A DNA stretch of 64,000 nucleotides, taken from NCBI RefSeq assembly GCF_009914755.1, contig NC_060929.1, one strand, 5' to 3'. The number at the start of each line of letters is the position of its first letter. Positions within the stretch are counted from its first letter, which is position 1. Under the pieces are notes generated by a model that did not search any database, was not told where the DNA came from, and saw only the letters and a program-made list of their open reading frames with translations. This document shows positions 44,800-60,577 of the stretch, piece by piece. Source of the DNA: the human T2T-CHM13v2.0 reference genome, Homo sapiens. Position numbers and translations under genes: made by a program.

Positions 44800-47400
44800 T
44801 TTTTTATTTATTATACTTTATATTATAGAGAATTTTAAGCATATACAAAAGGAGACAGAATTCTGTAACTCAATCATGTACCCTCATTCAACCTTAGCAA
44901 TTATGAATTCAAGATAAATCTTGACGCATCTATTGTATATTCCTTACTTACTCACCCTCTTGCCATTATTGTGAAGCAAAATATTATGATGTATTTCAAA
45001 ATTGTTTGTTTGTTTGTTTGTTTTCTGAAACAAGGTCTCTCTCTGTCACCCAGACTGGAGTGCAGTGATACAATCATAGCTCACTGTAATCTCAAATTCC
45101 TGGACTCAAGCAAGCGTCCTACCTTCCTCCTGAGTAGCTATGACTACAGGCACACACCACCATGCCCAACTAATTTTTTATTTCTTTATAGAGACAGGGT
45201 TTTGCTATGTTGCCCAGGCTGGTCTTGAAATCCTGGCCTGAAGTGATTCTCCCAAAATGGCTTCCCAAACCACTGGGATTACAGGTATGAGCTACCAAGC
45301 CTGGCATAAAGATACTTTTAAAACATACGTAACCTTAATATTATCATTAGATATTTACTATTTTTAATAGTAATATTAAAATTATTTAAATAAGAGTTTC
45401 TTAATAATATCAAATATCCAGTCAATGAAAACCTCTACTTCTAGCTACAACAAAGTAGCTTGTAACAGAACAAGACAGATCCAAGAACTGGAAAAGATGA
45501 ATGAGACACAACTCTGATGCTTGAAGATGTTTTTGAGGCAGGAAGGATTTGAAATGTCAAGATCCTAGGGGGAAGGAAGCTTGAAACTCTTTACGTTGTT
45601 ATTTCTTTTGCAGCACTTGCCAGTTCCTCAGCCTCAAAAGTGAGAGGTTGAGAAGCTAGGGAGTGTGCCCCTATTAAGAGGCAAAAAGCCAGTACACACT
45701 GGCATCTGGAGAGAGAAGAGCTGGAGTTTAGCCTGGCTAAGACAAGCAGGGCTTGAGAATCTAAAATCCCTGACTAAAGAGAGTCACAAGAAAATGACCC
45801 CAACACTCTGCTGATTTTCCGCTTGAGGTAATTGCCACATCTTTAGATGTGTAGTAAAAAAAGAAGGCAAAACAAAACAAGAGCTCAAACAAAAAGCAGC
45901 TAAAAGCAGAGCTTTCAATGCTTGGGAGTCAAAAAAGCTGGAGTCCAGGGCTTTATCAGACCCTGATAAACAACCTAGGCTCTCAATCAGAACCTCAGAG
46001 GGTTACACTGTAACGGGGGATAAATCACAGGTAAACTGATTAGATTAGGGTGATCTGTCTGTATTTAGCCAGAGCATAGGGTATCTCTTCTCTAAAGAAA
46101 GAGTATCTATAATTCTTCATGCACAATATCAAGCAGTCAATTAGAAATTACCAGGCATGCCAAGAAATGACAAAAAACAAAAAAGAAAAAGGATCACAGG
46201 TGGTTTAAATATTGGTGTTACTAAAAACAGTCTTTTAAAATAATCATGATCAATATGTTCATGGATATATACAACAAAAATGAAAATTTAATCAGAGAAC
46301 TGAAATCTGTTTCCTCAGAAAAAGAATTGTATATTCCCAAATTGATAAATGCAATAATTAAAATTAACATCCAGTTGTATTCAGATTTATTTGTCTTAAA
46401 AATGTTTTATATTTTGGAGGTTTTAAAAAATAATTTTAAATGTGATTTAAATAAAGTCATATATTTTGCTCGGTTGATATATCTACCAAGTGTCTCTTAA
46501 ACTACAGGTTTAAAACTGCCTCACCACAAAACAGTAAGTATGTGAGGTGATGCTTGTGTTAATTAGCTTGATTGAGCCATTCCACAAAACATCATGTTGT
46601 ACAACATCAATATATACAATTTTTACTTGTTAATTAAAAAACTATAATTAAAAAATAGAAGAATGTGGATTTCAACCTATAGTTTTCTTTTCATTTCTTT
46701 GCTTTTTCTTTACAGAGTTTCCTTATAAAGCCAGGTTATTTGTCCTGTACTTTCTACACTTTGAATTTTACTGCCTGTTTTCCTACAGTGTACTGAGCAT
46801 ATCCCTCCATTCATATTGCTTATTGTGTATTTGTAGTTAGATATGGATGCTTCACGAGATTCAGGTTCAGTTTCCTTGGCGAGTCCTTTACAGGCTGTGA
46901 CATGTGCTCCCACCAGGAGGTCAATAAGGAGGAATAATCTTTTATTTCATGACGTTAGCAGCCGTCAGTGACTATTGCCTAGATCCATTATTCCATTAGG
47001 AGTCGCAAAGGGGTGATATTCTAATTTTATCATTGCTTCATCATTTATTAACTGAAATGCGTCTATAATTCCTCTCGCCACTATTTGGCCACCACTCCAA
47101 GAGATAGTTCACATAGAAAAGACAGAATAAAATTGTGATTCTTTTATTTACAGGTTTTCAAAATATAATAGTTGGTTCACTAGCATCCTACAACAGTAAT
47201 GGCTTATATTTTTAAGTATCACTATGGATTAATGGATTAAAAAATCTTTGTATCTAACCTATTTATTTATAACCCATTTCGATGCTCAGAATTAATGAAT
47301 TATTGGAAGCCTATTTATGTTGGCTCCTGAGCCCTTTTGACAGAGTCTTAGCTGTCTTTGATAGCTTCCCTGGCCACATGTTTTTAGCCTGAATCATTTT
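44800..47400 (-). mobile_element. Old L1MC/ME 3' region, interrupted by AluJ, a plus-strand L1M 5'/ORF1 piece (~45430-46370) and a short L1MA 3' end (~46515-46660)
   Basis: Degenerate L1M motifs (tgatattctaattttatcatt, gttggctcctgagcccttttgaca; aaattaccaggcatgccaag). Confidence 0.6.
45003..45305 (-). mobile_element. AluJ
   Basis: Diverged reverse Alu (aatcatagctcactg, ttgctatgttgcccaggctgg). Confidence 0.9.
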
Positions 47401-48496
47401 TTAGGAAATAGAGGCATTATTAGAATATATGGATGTAAGTATTTCTGTGTATATACATACATACATATTTGTATATATCTAATGGAAACATCATCTAGGT
47501 ATGTCACAGTTGCCAACTGAAAACAAATGAAGAAAAACCTAAAATTAAAGAATAGATTATATCCCTCTACTTATACACAAGGCCATTGAGGAGAGACTCT
47601 CCATCAACTACCTGTCCTTTCCTCTACCTACCATATATTTTATGGCATAGCTATATCTACAATAGAACAAGCAGGAAAAGAGCCCACATTATTTCTTCTT
47701 TGAGGATAAAGAATAAACTGTCTTAAAATGTAGTGAAAAAACTATGTTTAAACCTTTGCATCATGTGTTCGAGTTTTAGTTCACATAAAAAAAATTATGT
47801 GGGTATAGGGAAGTAGGAAGACTGGAAAGAAAGCAGAATTTCTGAAGTAGATTATAGCCTTGTCTCTTAAGGAAAAAAAAAGGTTGATTTCTTGGGTGCT
47901 TAAGGTTGGTGTGGAAATGAACCCTCTGAAAAGAGATGAGAAATTGGATGATTTTCAGGCATACAGTTCTGTCAAAACTTCTAATTTCCTATGATCAGTT
48001 CAACAGGAATAAAATCATTGTAATTTCTTATTGTTTTTCATGTTAACCCTGGATAATTGGCATCCTATTGTTTGTACAGGACAAAATATTACAGGAGGAA
48101 CATCATGTGACTTGGGTACCTCTAGATTCTCGTGGGAACATGAAGATTCTTAGCAAGAGGGGGAAAATATACAAACAGCATAACCACAAGCTCACTAATG
48201 GGCATTCTCTGCTTAAAAGTGGGAATTGAGGGAACTTTACATGCTTGATTTATTTTTTCAAAAACATTTATTTTTCAAAAGTAAAGCAGGGAAACTGGAA
48301 TATTTATTACAATTCTTGTTTTTGTTTTTGTTTTCTTGCCTTGAGATATGAGGCTGTACCGTTCACAGCAAAGTGTAATTAAAGCTATGTGCTTTGTAAT
48401 CTGTTCTGGTGTAGTTTTGTATATTCATCTTGCTCAGGTAGACTTTCTCAATTATTTGTGGTTGTGAGGGTTACTGATAGTACATTTATTAAGTAT

Positions 48497-48838
48497 TGTA
48501 TTCGTTTCCTCTTGCTGCTATGAAAGATTACCACAAATTCAGTGGCTTAAAACAACTCGTTTGTTATCTTACAGTTCTAAAGGTAAGAAATCCACAGTGC
48601 ATCTCACTGGGCTAAAATCAAGGTGTTAGCAGAATTGCATTCCTTCTGGAGGTTCTAAGAGAGAATCAAATTCTTGCCTTTTCCAACTTCTAGATGCTAC
48701 CTGAGCTCCATGGCTCATGGTCCTGCCTCACTGCAACTTCTGCTTCCCTAGCAATATTTCTTTCCCTGTGACGTATTTCAGGTTCCAGGGACCAGGATGT
48801 GGACGTCTTTGGCACGGGGTCATTATTCTGCCTATCAA
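48497..48838 (-). mobile_element. MLT1C/D-type LTR inserted in a MIR (~48470-49060)
   Basis: ttaccacaaattcagtggcttaaaacaac...cattattctgcct; MIR core gatgaggaaactgag at ~48951. Confidence 0.8.
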
Positions 48839-49560
48839 AAAAATACTTAATATGTACTGAGCACTCTTCTAAATTATTTTATTAATTTAGCTAATCTGCC
48901 AACCACAGATTAGGTAGTAAAGTACATAGTATTATATTTTCCATTGTAAAGATGAGGAAACTGAGTTACAAAAGGTTAGAATTCTAGAAAGCGGTGAAGC
49001 TGATACATATACCTACCAGGCTCAAGTAGCCAATCTTTAGCCTTATACCATACTGCCTCTTTGAAAATAAAAATAGCATGGAAAATTAGAAGACAAAGAT
49101 GTACCCAAACCTCATTTTAATCAATAATGTCATACATTCCAAGTATAGCTTTTGCAAGACCGAAGATTGGAAGTGGCATTTGCTGTTTTGATTCTCAATT
49201 ATTCAGCAATTAGTTACTGATTGCCAAGAATTGGGATAAATGTTGAGAATTCACAAAGTCCCTGCCTTTAAGGATCTGCTTAGAAAAATAAAATGAAAAC
49301 ATTTAAAAACCACTAGAAAACATTACAAAAGTATATGCACTCAAATGCTAAGTGGAATAACACTTTATTTTTTTAGTGGAGTTCAAGAGACAAATCCAGG
49401 CACCGTCAGTGCTTAAATGTAAGTTCTCCAAAAAAAGCAAAATAGGAGAATCAGCCAGGTGCATGGGCAAACTATAGACTGCATTTCTATGTGTTGGTAG
49501 CTGTTATGTTTATTCATTCTTAACCTTCATTACAATGGGAGTTATTTCATAGTCAAATTA

Positions 49561-50246
49561 CAGTAGTCCCCCCATCCTCGGGTAGATCTTCTGAGACAGC
49601 AGATAATACTAAACCCAATGGCTGTCAATCAGAACACATTTCTGTTCATTTTCCACCTACCACTTTAATGCCTTTTCCATCTTAACTAAGCACGTATCAT
49701 GCACTGTGGCTGTAATTTTTGTATTTTGTTGCGTGACAGCAACTCTGGTACAAATTACTTTTTCGCTCTTTGCAATTTCATGGACAGAAAATTTCTTCCT
49801 ACCATAGATCTTAGCAACCTCAAAATAAATGTTTTCCCCTCTCCTTATTAAGTCCAAAACTATCACCTTTTCACTTAATGGAAGCACTTTCTCTTTGGTA
49901 TACCTGAAACACCATCATCACTACTCTGCACTTTGGGGTTATTATTAAGTAAAATTAGGGTTACTTGAACACAAGCACTGTGATACCGTAACAGTCAATC
50001 TGATCACTCATATGGCTACCAAGTGATTCATGGGCAAGGAGTATTTACAGCCTGGAGATGCTGTACAAATGGATGGACATGCACCAGGATGATGAGAGAT
50101 TTCATCGCAGTATTCCAAATGACGTGTATCTTAAAATTTATAAGTTGTTTACTTATGAAATTTTAAATGTAATAGTTTTAGATTGTGGTTGACTGTGAGT
50201 AACCGAAACCATGGAAAGTGAAACCACAAATAAAAGAGCACTACCA
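49561..50246 (-). mobile_element. MER44/Tigger7-family DNA transposon
   Basis: TA-cagtagtccccc terminus; minus ORF LPLSEKVIVLDLIR...EVAKIYG resembles a Tigger N-terminal HTH. Confidence 0.85.
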
Positions 50247-50616
50247 TAGGGATTTTTGCTAAAATTAAAGGGGTACAAGTGCAATTTTGTTATGTGCATA
50301 TATTGCTAAGTGGTGAAATCTTGGCTTTTAATGTATTTATCATCCAACTAATGTAAATTGTACCTGTTAAGTAATTTCTCATCATCTTCCCTGCTTCTGC
50401 CCACCCACCCCTCTGAGTCCCTAGTGTCTAACATTGCACACTCTTTGTCCATGTGTACACATTATTTAGCTCCCCTCTATAAGTGAGAACATGTAGTACT
50501 TGACTCCATTTCTGAGTTATTTCACTTAAGATGATGGCCTCCGGTTCCATCCATGTTGCTGCAAAATACATGATTTCATTCTTTTTTATGGCTGAATAGT
50601 ATTCCATGGTGGATTG

Positions 50617-50637
50617 ATCTATCTATCTATCTATCTG

Positions 50638-50679
<42 letters not shown>
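50617..50679. repeat. (TCTA)n tetranucleotide STR with one TCTG
   Basis: Directly visible, ~15 units. Confidence 0.95.
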
Positions 50680-51051
50680 ACATTTTCTTTATCCATTCTT
50701 CCACTGATGGGCATTTAGTTTGTTTCCATATCTTTGCTATTGTGCATATTGCTGCTATAAGCATACGAGTGCAGGTATATTTTTGATATAATGATTTATT
50801 TTCCTTTGGATCGATACCCAGTAGTGGGATTGCCAGGTTGAGTGGTAGTTATGTTTTTAGTTCTTTGGACATCTCCATACTGTTTTCCAAGGAGGCTGCA
50901 CTAATTTACATTCTCATCAGTAGTGTAGGAGTGTTCCCTTTTCTCAACATCCTTGCCAATATCTGTTTTTTGACCTCTTAATAATTGCCATTCTGACTGG
51001 TGTAAGATGATATCTCATTGCGATTTTAATTTGCACTTCTCTGATGGTCAG

Positions 51052-51438
51052 TGATATGGTTTGAATGTTTGTCCTCTCCAAATCTCATGTTTAAATGTGA
51101 TCTCCAGTATCGAGGGTGGGCCTGGTGGATGAACAACTTGGTGCTTTCCTCATGGTAATGAGTGAGTTCTCTCTCATGGTTCACTCAAGAGCTGCTTATT
51201 TAAAGGAGCCTGGTGCCTCTTCCTCTCTTTCTTGCTCCCTCTCTTGACTTGTGACTCACTAGCTCCCCCTTCACCTTCTGCCATGAGTGGAAGATTCCTG
51301 AGGTCTCACCAGAAGCCAAGCAGACACTAGTGCCATGCTTATACAGCCTACAGTACCATGAGACAAGTAAAATTTTTGTCTTTATAAATTATTCAGTCTT
51401 ACAAATTTCTTTATAGTAATGTGAAATGGACTAACACA
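51052..51438 (+). mobile_element. MSTA/MSTB MaLR solo LTR
   Basis: tgatatggtttgaatgtttgtcc...aatggactaacaca. Confidence 0.88.
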
Positions 51439-52584
51439 ATTAGTGATATTGAGCATGTTTTTATATATTTTTTGACCATTTATATGTTTTATTTTGAAAA
51501 ATATCTGTTCATGTACTTTGCCCACTTTTTAATGGGCTTATTTGTGTCCTTTGTGTTGAGTTATTTGAGTTTCTTATAAATTCTGAATACCAGTCCCCTG
51601 GCAGATGCATAATTTGCAAATATTTTCTCCTATTCTGCAGGTTGTCTGTAGTTTTATTGATAGTGAATACATGACAGAAATGCCTTAGTTTGGGTAACTT
51701 GGCCAGTCATCTTTCTTTCCCATGGGTGGAGAAGGAAAGTATTTGAAGCACTCTTTGATTACTTTGACTGCTTCCAGATCTCATTATTTTCAAATAAACT
51801 GCTTTCCATAATAGAATAATAGATTCATGTTATCATCATTCATCAGAAAGGATTCATGGGGACAAAGAATATTGTATCACCTCATTGAAGACCTAATATT
51901 CAAGTCATTGACAACATGAGTTTTATAGTCTACAAGTGAATGGTAAAGGAACAAATGGTAGATTATGTTTTTGGGAGCTGTTATGGAGGAGTAGAGACTG
52001 GAGAGATTTAGATAACACTTTTGTTAATTGATCTTATCTTACAAGAGCTGAAATAATGAAAATAAGGGATAATTTGTCCTGAAGTACTCAGAAATGAATT
52101 CTGTTAAACTAGGCTTAAAAGCAGATGATAGAACCTGTTCATCTACATGCCCTGAAGTAATTAGATATTCTCCATTATCATTTCTAATATTCAATGTGAC
52201 TAATGAGGCTATTAATCATGCAATTGCATTTTGGGTTTTCTTTTTGCTTTCTTTTCGGGAGGGTGTTCTTTAATTATGCAATTAACTACCTTTCATTCAA
52301 TTTTATTTCAATCTATTCTTTCTGGCCTCCAGCTAAATAGCTAAATAGTGGTGAGTGACCCTGAGCTATGCCACATGGAGAAGATTCGCTTAACCAATGC
52401 CTGCCTGAATTCCTGACCCACAACATCATGAAATATAATAAAATGATTGTTGCTATAAATCCCTAAAATTTGGCATAATACATGGTAGATCAAAACAACA
52501 GACTACCAGAACACCGGGTCTAATACTTTTCAATGCACAGGATTCTGAATACCTCCTTAATCTCTGCTGGCTAACAAAAATGAT

Positions 52585-53009
52585 CTGTTACGGTACAAGC
52601 TAATTGCTGGAAAGAAATCACAAATTTCACTGATTTAACACAATATTTATTTCTCCTTTACATATCAGTCAAATGAAGTTCTGAAAAAGTATCTCTGCTA
52701 CACAGTCTGTTAGGCACTATAGGCTCTTTTCATCTAGTGGTTCTTCAATGTGCTAGTGCTTGAAATTCTTCATTAGATCTTCTGCATTTGGGCAGCAGGC
52801 CAAGAAACAGAGGAAGGGTAGCAGATAGTGCAGAAGGTTTGACACTTAAGCCTTTGAGTGGCTTACATCACTTTTGACTCCTTTCCATTGACCAGAATAT
52901 AGTCATAGGCTGCACCGACCTGTGAGAAATTGGAAAAATGTGGTCTAGCTCTTTGTCCCCGATGAAAAGGAAACAGGGTTTTATGAAGATATAACAGACT
53001 CTGCCACAT
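52585..53009 (-). mobile_element. MLT1K-like LTR
   Basis: tccattgaccagaatatagtcat...aaatgtggtctagct...tctgccaca. Confidence 0.65.
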
Positions 53010-53954
53010 ATGGCTGTATTAGCATGAAATGGCATTGTCTCCTGATCTGTGAATTTTGCCACTGTGTGAGCAAGCCAGATGCAGAGCAGAGTACTTTTTT
53101 GTGTGTATAAAGAAAGACTACTACACTCACAAATGCCCTGCTCCTTAAGCACTTCCTTGATCCCTCACTACGAATCCAAGAGTTACAGTCATTACAATTG
53201 TTTCCTCTCCACTGTGCTACCTACTTAGATGTAAAGTCTTCAAAAGGGAGAAAAAGAAAAGAGCCATGTAGTTTGGGATATGATGGGAGAATAAGGCAGG
53301 ACTCTGGCCAGCTCAGAAGTCAGCTGCTTGAGTTTCTATCAGTGGTCAAAGACTGTACTTAAGCCAAAGCCACTTCATGTTATCTTTCAGCTCTTTTGTT
53401 TCCCTGATTCGGCTACTCTGTCAAGCCCATCAAAGCTGTGATCCTCAAATCCCTATGAGTTACATTTATGGTTTTCTCTTTAGCCTTCAATATTGCTGTC
53501 AACCTTGGTGCGTGTATGTGTGTGTGTGCATGCATGTGTCTTTATAGGTCTTTAATTAGAAGTTGAGAGAATTATTATACATAACTGGGCTGCCACTGTA
53601 AGTGAAAATTTTCCTCAAAGTTGTCCTCTTTGAAGTTTAATTTGTTGTTGTTTATTGTTTTGTTTGTTTATTGTTACTTCCAGTATGGCTTTGAGTTCAG
53701 TGTAAACAATAAGCAACTACATCATAGAATTCAACGTTAGTGTTTCAGGAAGAACAAAATCAAAAGACAAGTTTCAGAGCAGAGCAAACACCTCAGACAT
53801 CACTATTTGAGGCTGGTACTATTTACCACAAAGTTTCATTGCAGCCTTAAAGTCCTCAAGCCATCCGTTTGGGTAGCCACTACCAATCAGTGTGGACATG
53901 TGATACTGTGTGATGCTACTGAGCCAAAATGACCTTATTTTGCTCAAATGGTTT

Positions 53955-54240
53955 GCCCCATTAACAAGTATTTATTAAGCATCTACTATGTGGCAAGCAG
54001 TTTGGCCTTTGCTGGAGATAAATGGTAAAGAAGAGCATACTCCATACCACCAAGGAGCACATGGCCTTTTGGTGAAGACAAATAACTAAAATTACACACA
54101 ACGTAAGCCCGGGATGCCATGGAAGCACCTGGACCAAGCATCCAACATAGTCCTGAGGATCAGGAATGGCTTCTGGGAGGAAACAGAGATTTCATGGATA
54201 GAGGGAATTAATCAAGTGAAGTGGAGAAGCAGAGTCTTCC
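53955..54240 (-). mobile_element. L2 fragment
   Basis: aacaagtatttattaagcatctactatgtggcaagca. Confidence 0.7.
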
Positions 54241-54630
54241 AGGTATTCCTTAAACCCCATCTCAGCATTTATCCCACTGTTCAGCCATGTTTCTGGGAAA
54301 TTCTCTCTCTCGGGGACTCCTGAGCCTAATTCCTCAGGCATGACATGGATGTGAGCGACATTATTATATCACGGTGAATCACTTGTCTTTGGTTGTGGTG
54401 TTGAAATTGCAAAGGGATGACATAACCTGGCTGTGGTTCTTTTTTGGGAAACCTACAAAAAGAATTTTTGCTCTTCTTTTTTCTTTTTATAGAACTCTGC
54501 CCTCCATTTTCTCCCTTGGTGAGGCATTCTGGGAAAAGTTCTTCGGTCACAGCAGACTTTCCTGAACTACTGTAGAACTACTGTCTCATAGAAGCCACCT
54601 CTACCCACCAAAGTTGGCTTTTATTTTTGA

Positions 54631-55039
<409 letters not shown>

Positions 55040-57212
55040 TGGGAAGAGATTTCTTTGGGGAAGTATGATTATTTTTCTAATAGTTTCCTCATGGAAATGA
55101 TCCTGAGTTGTTGAGTTTGCAAGAGTCAACTGCATGCAAAGACGTGGGATAATGGGCATTGCAAGGATCCCCTGCCCTCAAACTTCTTCCTTGCTCCCAG
55201 CCTAGGTTTTGATTCCCCTAATTAAATATTGCTGCTTTGGAGTTACCCAGAAAGTTTGTGGCTAAAACAAATTATGTCTGGTCCTGATAAAACCTTCATG
55301 CCTCAGCTTCTATTCATATTCTAGCTTAGCTATCTTCCAGCTTTGTTTTTTTAAATTAACTGTAACTAGCAGAGAGCTGGCCTTGTGAAAATAGAACTCA
55401 GAGCAGATCTTGTCTGGTAGGAAGTAGTTAAAAGGATTTGCACCACCTGAGGGGACATTTCCGGAAGGGCTTTCCCAGTTATACTCTCTGTTAAGTATTA
55501 AATGTGCAATGGGGAAATAAGTTAAAAATCATAATATATAACGATAATTAAATTATTAGAGGTTTCAAAGACAATAAGCACATGAACATGTTTCATTTTT
55601 GAATCAAATATCTTCTCCCCTCACTTTCACTACCAGGAACTGAATTTGGATATGTTGTTCCTGTTTAAGCCTAAGAAGAAATGGGGGACGGGTGGAGGAA
55701 ATAATAGATCAAGTAACACTTTAACAAGTTGAATTCAGTGAGTAAGACATCTCATTGTAGCCTTTTGTTTCTCTAGATCTTACTCTCTGTTTAAGTATAG
55801 CCTCCTTAGATGTTTATACTTAAGTAGTTTAATATAATATTATAATATTTTTAAAAAGCATAATCACATAGACAATAATGCTGCTTATAACCCTGATTTA
55901 ATTCATTTGGGGGAATCTGAATTGGTGGGTGTAGGAGAATATAGCCAACTTATAAACCTAATACTAATGATGGTTTTATAGTAACTGGAAGTCATAGTGT
56001 TAAAAAATAATAATAATAAATTTTTAAAAAACAAACCTACAAGCCTGAACTACAAAATAATTGCAAGCCTCTCAAAACATACAGTATTTTCACCGTGTAA
56101 ACATAATGTAGTAAAATTTCATTTAACTGAACCTAAAGTGCTGGATCCCTAAACTAATAGTATTTTTAGTATTTTATTTTTTAGGAAGGGGGCATAAGAA
56201 AGCAAAAAAATCAGACCATGTTAGAAGACTCAAAAAAGCGTATTCCAGCATAAATCTAGAGATGAGAATACATTCAGAGTAGTCTCCCAAGCTTCTGCAT
56301 TGATTCTGCTCTGTGTTAAAGACATAAGCTTCAAAGGCAGGAGAGTGATTTAATGCATTTCAGAAGAACTTTGAATAACATTTTTGAAACAAAAAGGGAT
56401 TTTCCACATTAGCCACAGCTGACCACAAAATACAATTTAATGACTTGCCCCACTTCCTAAGTATCTTGGTTGAGGCTTAATGTTTGCAGCTGGTGGAGCA
56501 TTTTGCCATATTGTAGTTTGCGCATCTCATCCCTTTTTGGACCATATACTCACTTAGAAACAATCCCAGTCTCATTGCTTTTGTGGCACGAGGTCTTCCG
56601 ATGATCAACTGTATAGTAGGGTGACTCACATCTTACCAACTCAATATAAGCAGCTGAGAGAACACAGTGCCAGTATATGTCCAGTAATTCACTGCATGGT
56701 GGTTTCTCTGAAATCTTAATGGAATGCCCCTCACACAGGCGTAGGCACACATTATGCACTCCGTACACACTCTACTCACTACATAGGGAGACTATAACTC
56801 TTACACTTTCATTTATACCCAAACTATGTGATTTGGGCAATTTTGACTCTTCTGGTTTGTTTTGAAATCTTGGTTGCACTTTATGTTTTCTGTTGAAAAT
56901 TATGTTTTATTTAATACTTGACGAGAGGTTGAATTGTCTGCTTCATTTTCTCTTCTGAGTCCCTGTATGATGCCTTCAGTCAAGTCACAGGTGCCCTTTG
57001 GAAAGCTTAACTTCACTGCTGAGTCATGTTGTTGCTAAGCAAGCCAAAACTTCCTCCCATCCCGAGAGGCTCATTCTTCTCAAATTCTCTTCTTTTTCTA
57101 AGGACACCAGAACAGGATGGGTAAAGTGAACTTAATTTCTAAGTATGTGAATTTTTAGTGTTATCCATTTCCAGAAACATTTATTACAATACTTAGATTG
57201 TAGGACCTCTTC

Positions 57213-57897
<685 letters not shown>

Positions 57898-60527
57898 CCC
57901 TCTAATACATATAATCTAATAGAGACCTGGAAAAATATTTAGCTGGTCATACACACTGACACACACATTTCTATTTTAGTCTGATAGAAGCCAATACTCA
58001 AGTTAGGAACTCTGGGTTTTAATTTGTAAACCTGTGTGATCTTGGGTTTTGGAAGCACTTAGACCTTCTGCTGCTACATCACTTGATCCTGGGACCAGAG
58101 GCAGTAGAAATAGGCTGTGGACACAAGCCACAAAGAGCTCCATGAAGAGAGTAAAACTCTAACATCTACATCAAGAAGGAGAGATCTGTAGGACCATGAA
58201 AAGATGCACGGAAGGACCAATCAACTCAGCTTGAACAGTTAGGAAAGGTGACACTGAGAAAGTATCACCTATTCTAGAAAATGGACAGGAATTATTGAGG
58301 TAAGAATGAAGGAGATGGGAGTGAGATGGTGTCCCTAATAAAGCCATGGCTTATGCAAGTGACCTTGGAAGTAGGGAGAGTATGTATAATTCAGTCTGAC
58401 TGAAGATTAAATTGCAAGGAAGTAGGAGATGGTCAAGGGGTAAGACCAGAAAAGTAAACAGTAGCACTCAGCAGTGTTATTCATTTTATTCCCTGAAGTC
58501 TAACTGTGGACTGCCGTAGTTTCCTGGGTATGGAGTACGGTCACAAGATACATGCAAGAAACTGTGAGAAGAGGATGTCAATTAATACCTAAAAATATTC
58601 TTCCTCATAAATCAGTAGGCAAGTGCCCTAAACAGCCAAAAGCAGAGTTTTTCAGTGAAGGTCTTAGAGTACAATAGGAGATTAAGTGGTGATATCTTGT
58701 TTTATCATGGTTTTCCCCTCCCAAGGTAACTAAGAATTCTTTCTTTGCATTTTGGACAAAGGCTGCTCTGATGCAAATCATCAGGGTGAGAAGGATGTGA
58801 CAAAAACACATACCAAGAAAGACTGCATTTGCGCCTCTTACCTGGGACAGAACAGAAGCCCACACCATGCTTTCGCCACAAAAAGGAAAAACAGAAAGTA
58901 GATGTCCGCACCAGCCTCTTGTTAGTCCATGAAACAGGAAGGTAAAGGGGTATAGGAGAATGACTTCCTTCATTTTAAAGCACAGTAAGCTTGTTCACAA
59001 AAAAAAAAAAAATTGAAAGAAAAAAATAAACAAATAAGAAAATCAATGAGTGAATAAAAAAGTACTAAATAGAGTAAGTAAAAGGAAAGGAAAATGAGAA
59101 AAATGAAATTTGGAGCTCTTAAGATGTAAGAACGTATTTGGCTAGAAACTTCATTGGCTGTGATTCAGATTTATAAATTGTTAAACATACCTCATTCTAA
59201 GCCTGTTTAGATCAAATAAAATCATGTATTTGAAAGCATATTATAAGCTATACATGTGATAAAAAGAAAGTTATTACTATCCACTTTTACTAGTGTTACC
59301 ATAGGCTAATTGCATAAATTTCAAAAAGATGGAAAGACCATCTCAAAATGTAAGTATGTGTGGAGCACCTGATGTGCCTGATTTGCTACCAGGCATAGAA
59401 CATTTTCAAAACACAGAACTTAGGAAGAAAGCCAATAGGGGCAGTTGCTCTGTCAAGCAAGACTTTCCACCAGATCAACAACTGAATTCAGTCAGCCAAA
59501 GGAGCAGAAATGTCACAGCTGAAATTTTCAAACCAGTCAATGACCTTTAATATTTACGAATGGCTGTGCACCCAGGAATTAACACACTTGAACTTTTTCC
59601 TGTTACGTCTATAGCAGACATGTACCCAGATTAAGGCTTTGCCCAGCCATCTGTTAGGGGAAATAAATGCCTGTATGTTTTTTCCATTCCCTTCTCTTCC
59701 ATTTCTCCTTTACTCTCTCATTCCAAAAGGAGTCTGAAATCCATGGCCGAATGCACAGAATGCAACAGAACAGAAATAAACAGATGAAGAAATCAGTATA
59801 GGATCAAAATGAGGGTGAGAAAACCGGGTGACTCTAGGGATAGAAATGCAAGCCTCATTGATAGGTTGGTATTTTAGTTCTGAGCATCCCAGGGACCCAA
59901 TGAGGCAATATGATTGTTCCAAGATACACAATAACCATGAGATAAAAGCCAACCGCATTTTTAGAAGAAACATTTCAAATATAAACAGTGTTGAAACATT
60001 TTCATTCATCACTCTACACAACTGTTGGGCCATTGCAATAGAAATTTCCAAGTTTCCCACCACATATTAGAGAAAAATTCCAGTCTAAACTGAATCTTAT
60101 GAATTGTTTTTCCTTCTTTGCTGAGGTAATGTTAAACATAAGATACATTAATAGAGAATGACTCTCATTTTGCTAAGGAATATGTTTGTTACATCACTAA
60201 TTTGAAGCACCTGTTGCTTTAATATAGTGTGGAGCTTTTTTCTTTTTGCTTTATTAAATATTTTCTGCCTATCTCATGCATTATATACCTCTGTGATGAA
60301 TCTATTTTCATGCTGGGACTCTGCCTTAGTGGGGGTTAATTGATGAGGTCTATTCTTGTTTAGTTTATTGGCTTCTATGCTTACCCTCTTTTATTACCTA
60401 AATGTGAGCTCTTTATTGTTCCATCCCCTTCCCAGCTGCTCTCAATATCCATGTAGGGGCCTGAGGGCTGGGCTGGGCTGGGCTGAAACTCTCCCAAGTC
60501 TGTGAGAAAGGGGTAGTGGTGGAGTCA

Positions 60528-60577
60528 GGGGGCGGTGCAGTATAAACTAGACTCAGCTGAGCAGCCTGCTTCACATT
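60528..60577 (+). promoter_or_regulatory. Candidate core promoter (GC box, TATAAA, Inr)
   Basis: gggggcgg 60528-60535, TATAAA 60541-60546, TCACATT (YYANWYY) 60571-60577; motif match only. Confidence 0.25.

Larger units (their letters stand above)
50255..51650 (-). mobile_element. L1MA1/2-like 3' end, interrupted by STR and MST LTR
   Basis: ggggtacaagtgcaattttgtta...tataagtgagaacatg...gatatctcattg. Confidence 0.88.

Noticed and set aside
56550-56768. Possible minus-strand coding exon
   Set aside because: Weak polypyrimidine tract and no recognisable protein similarity
58605-58973. 122-aa ORF in unique sequence
   Set aside because: No recognisable domain; length compatible with chance in 64 kb
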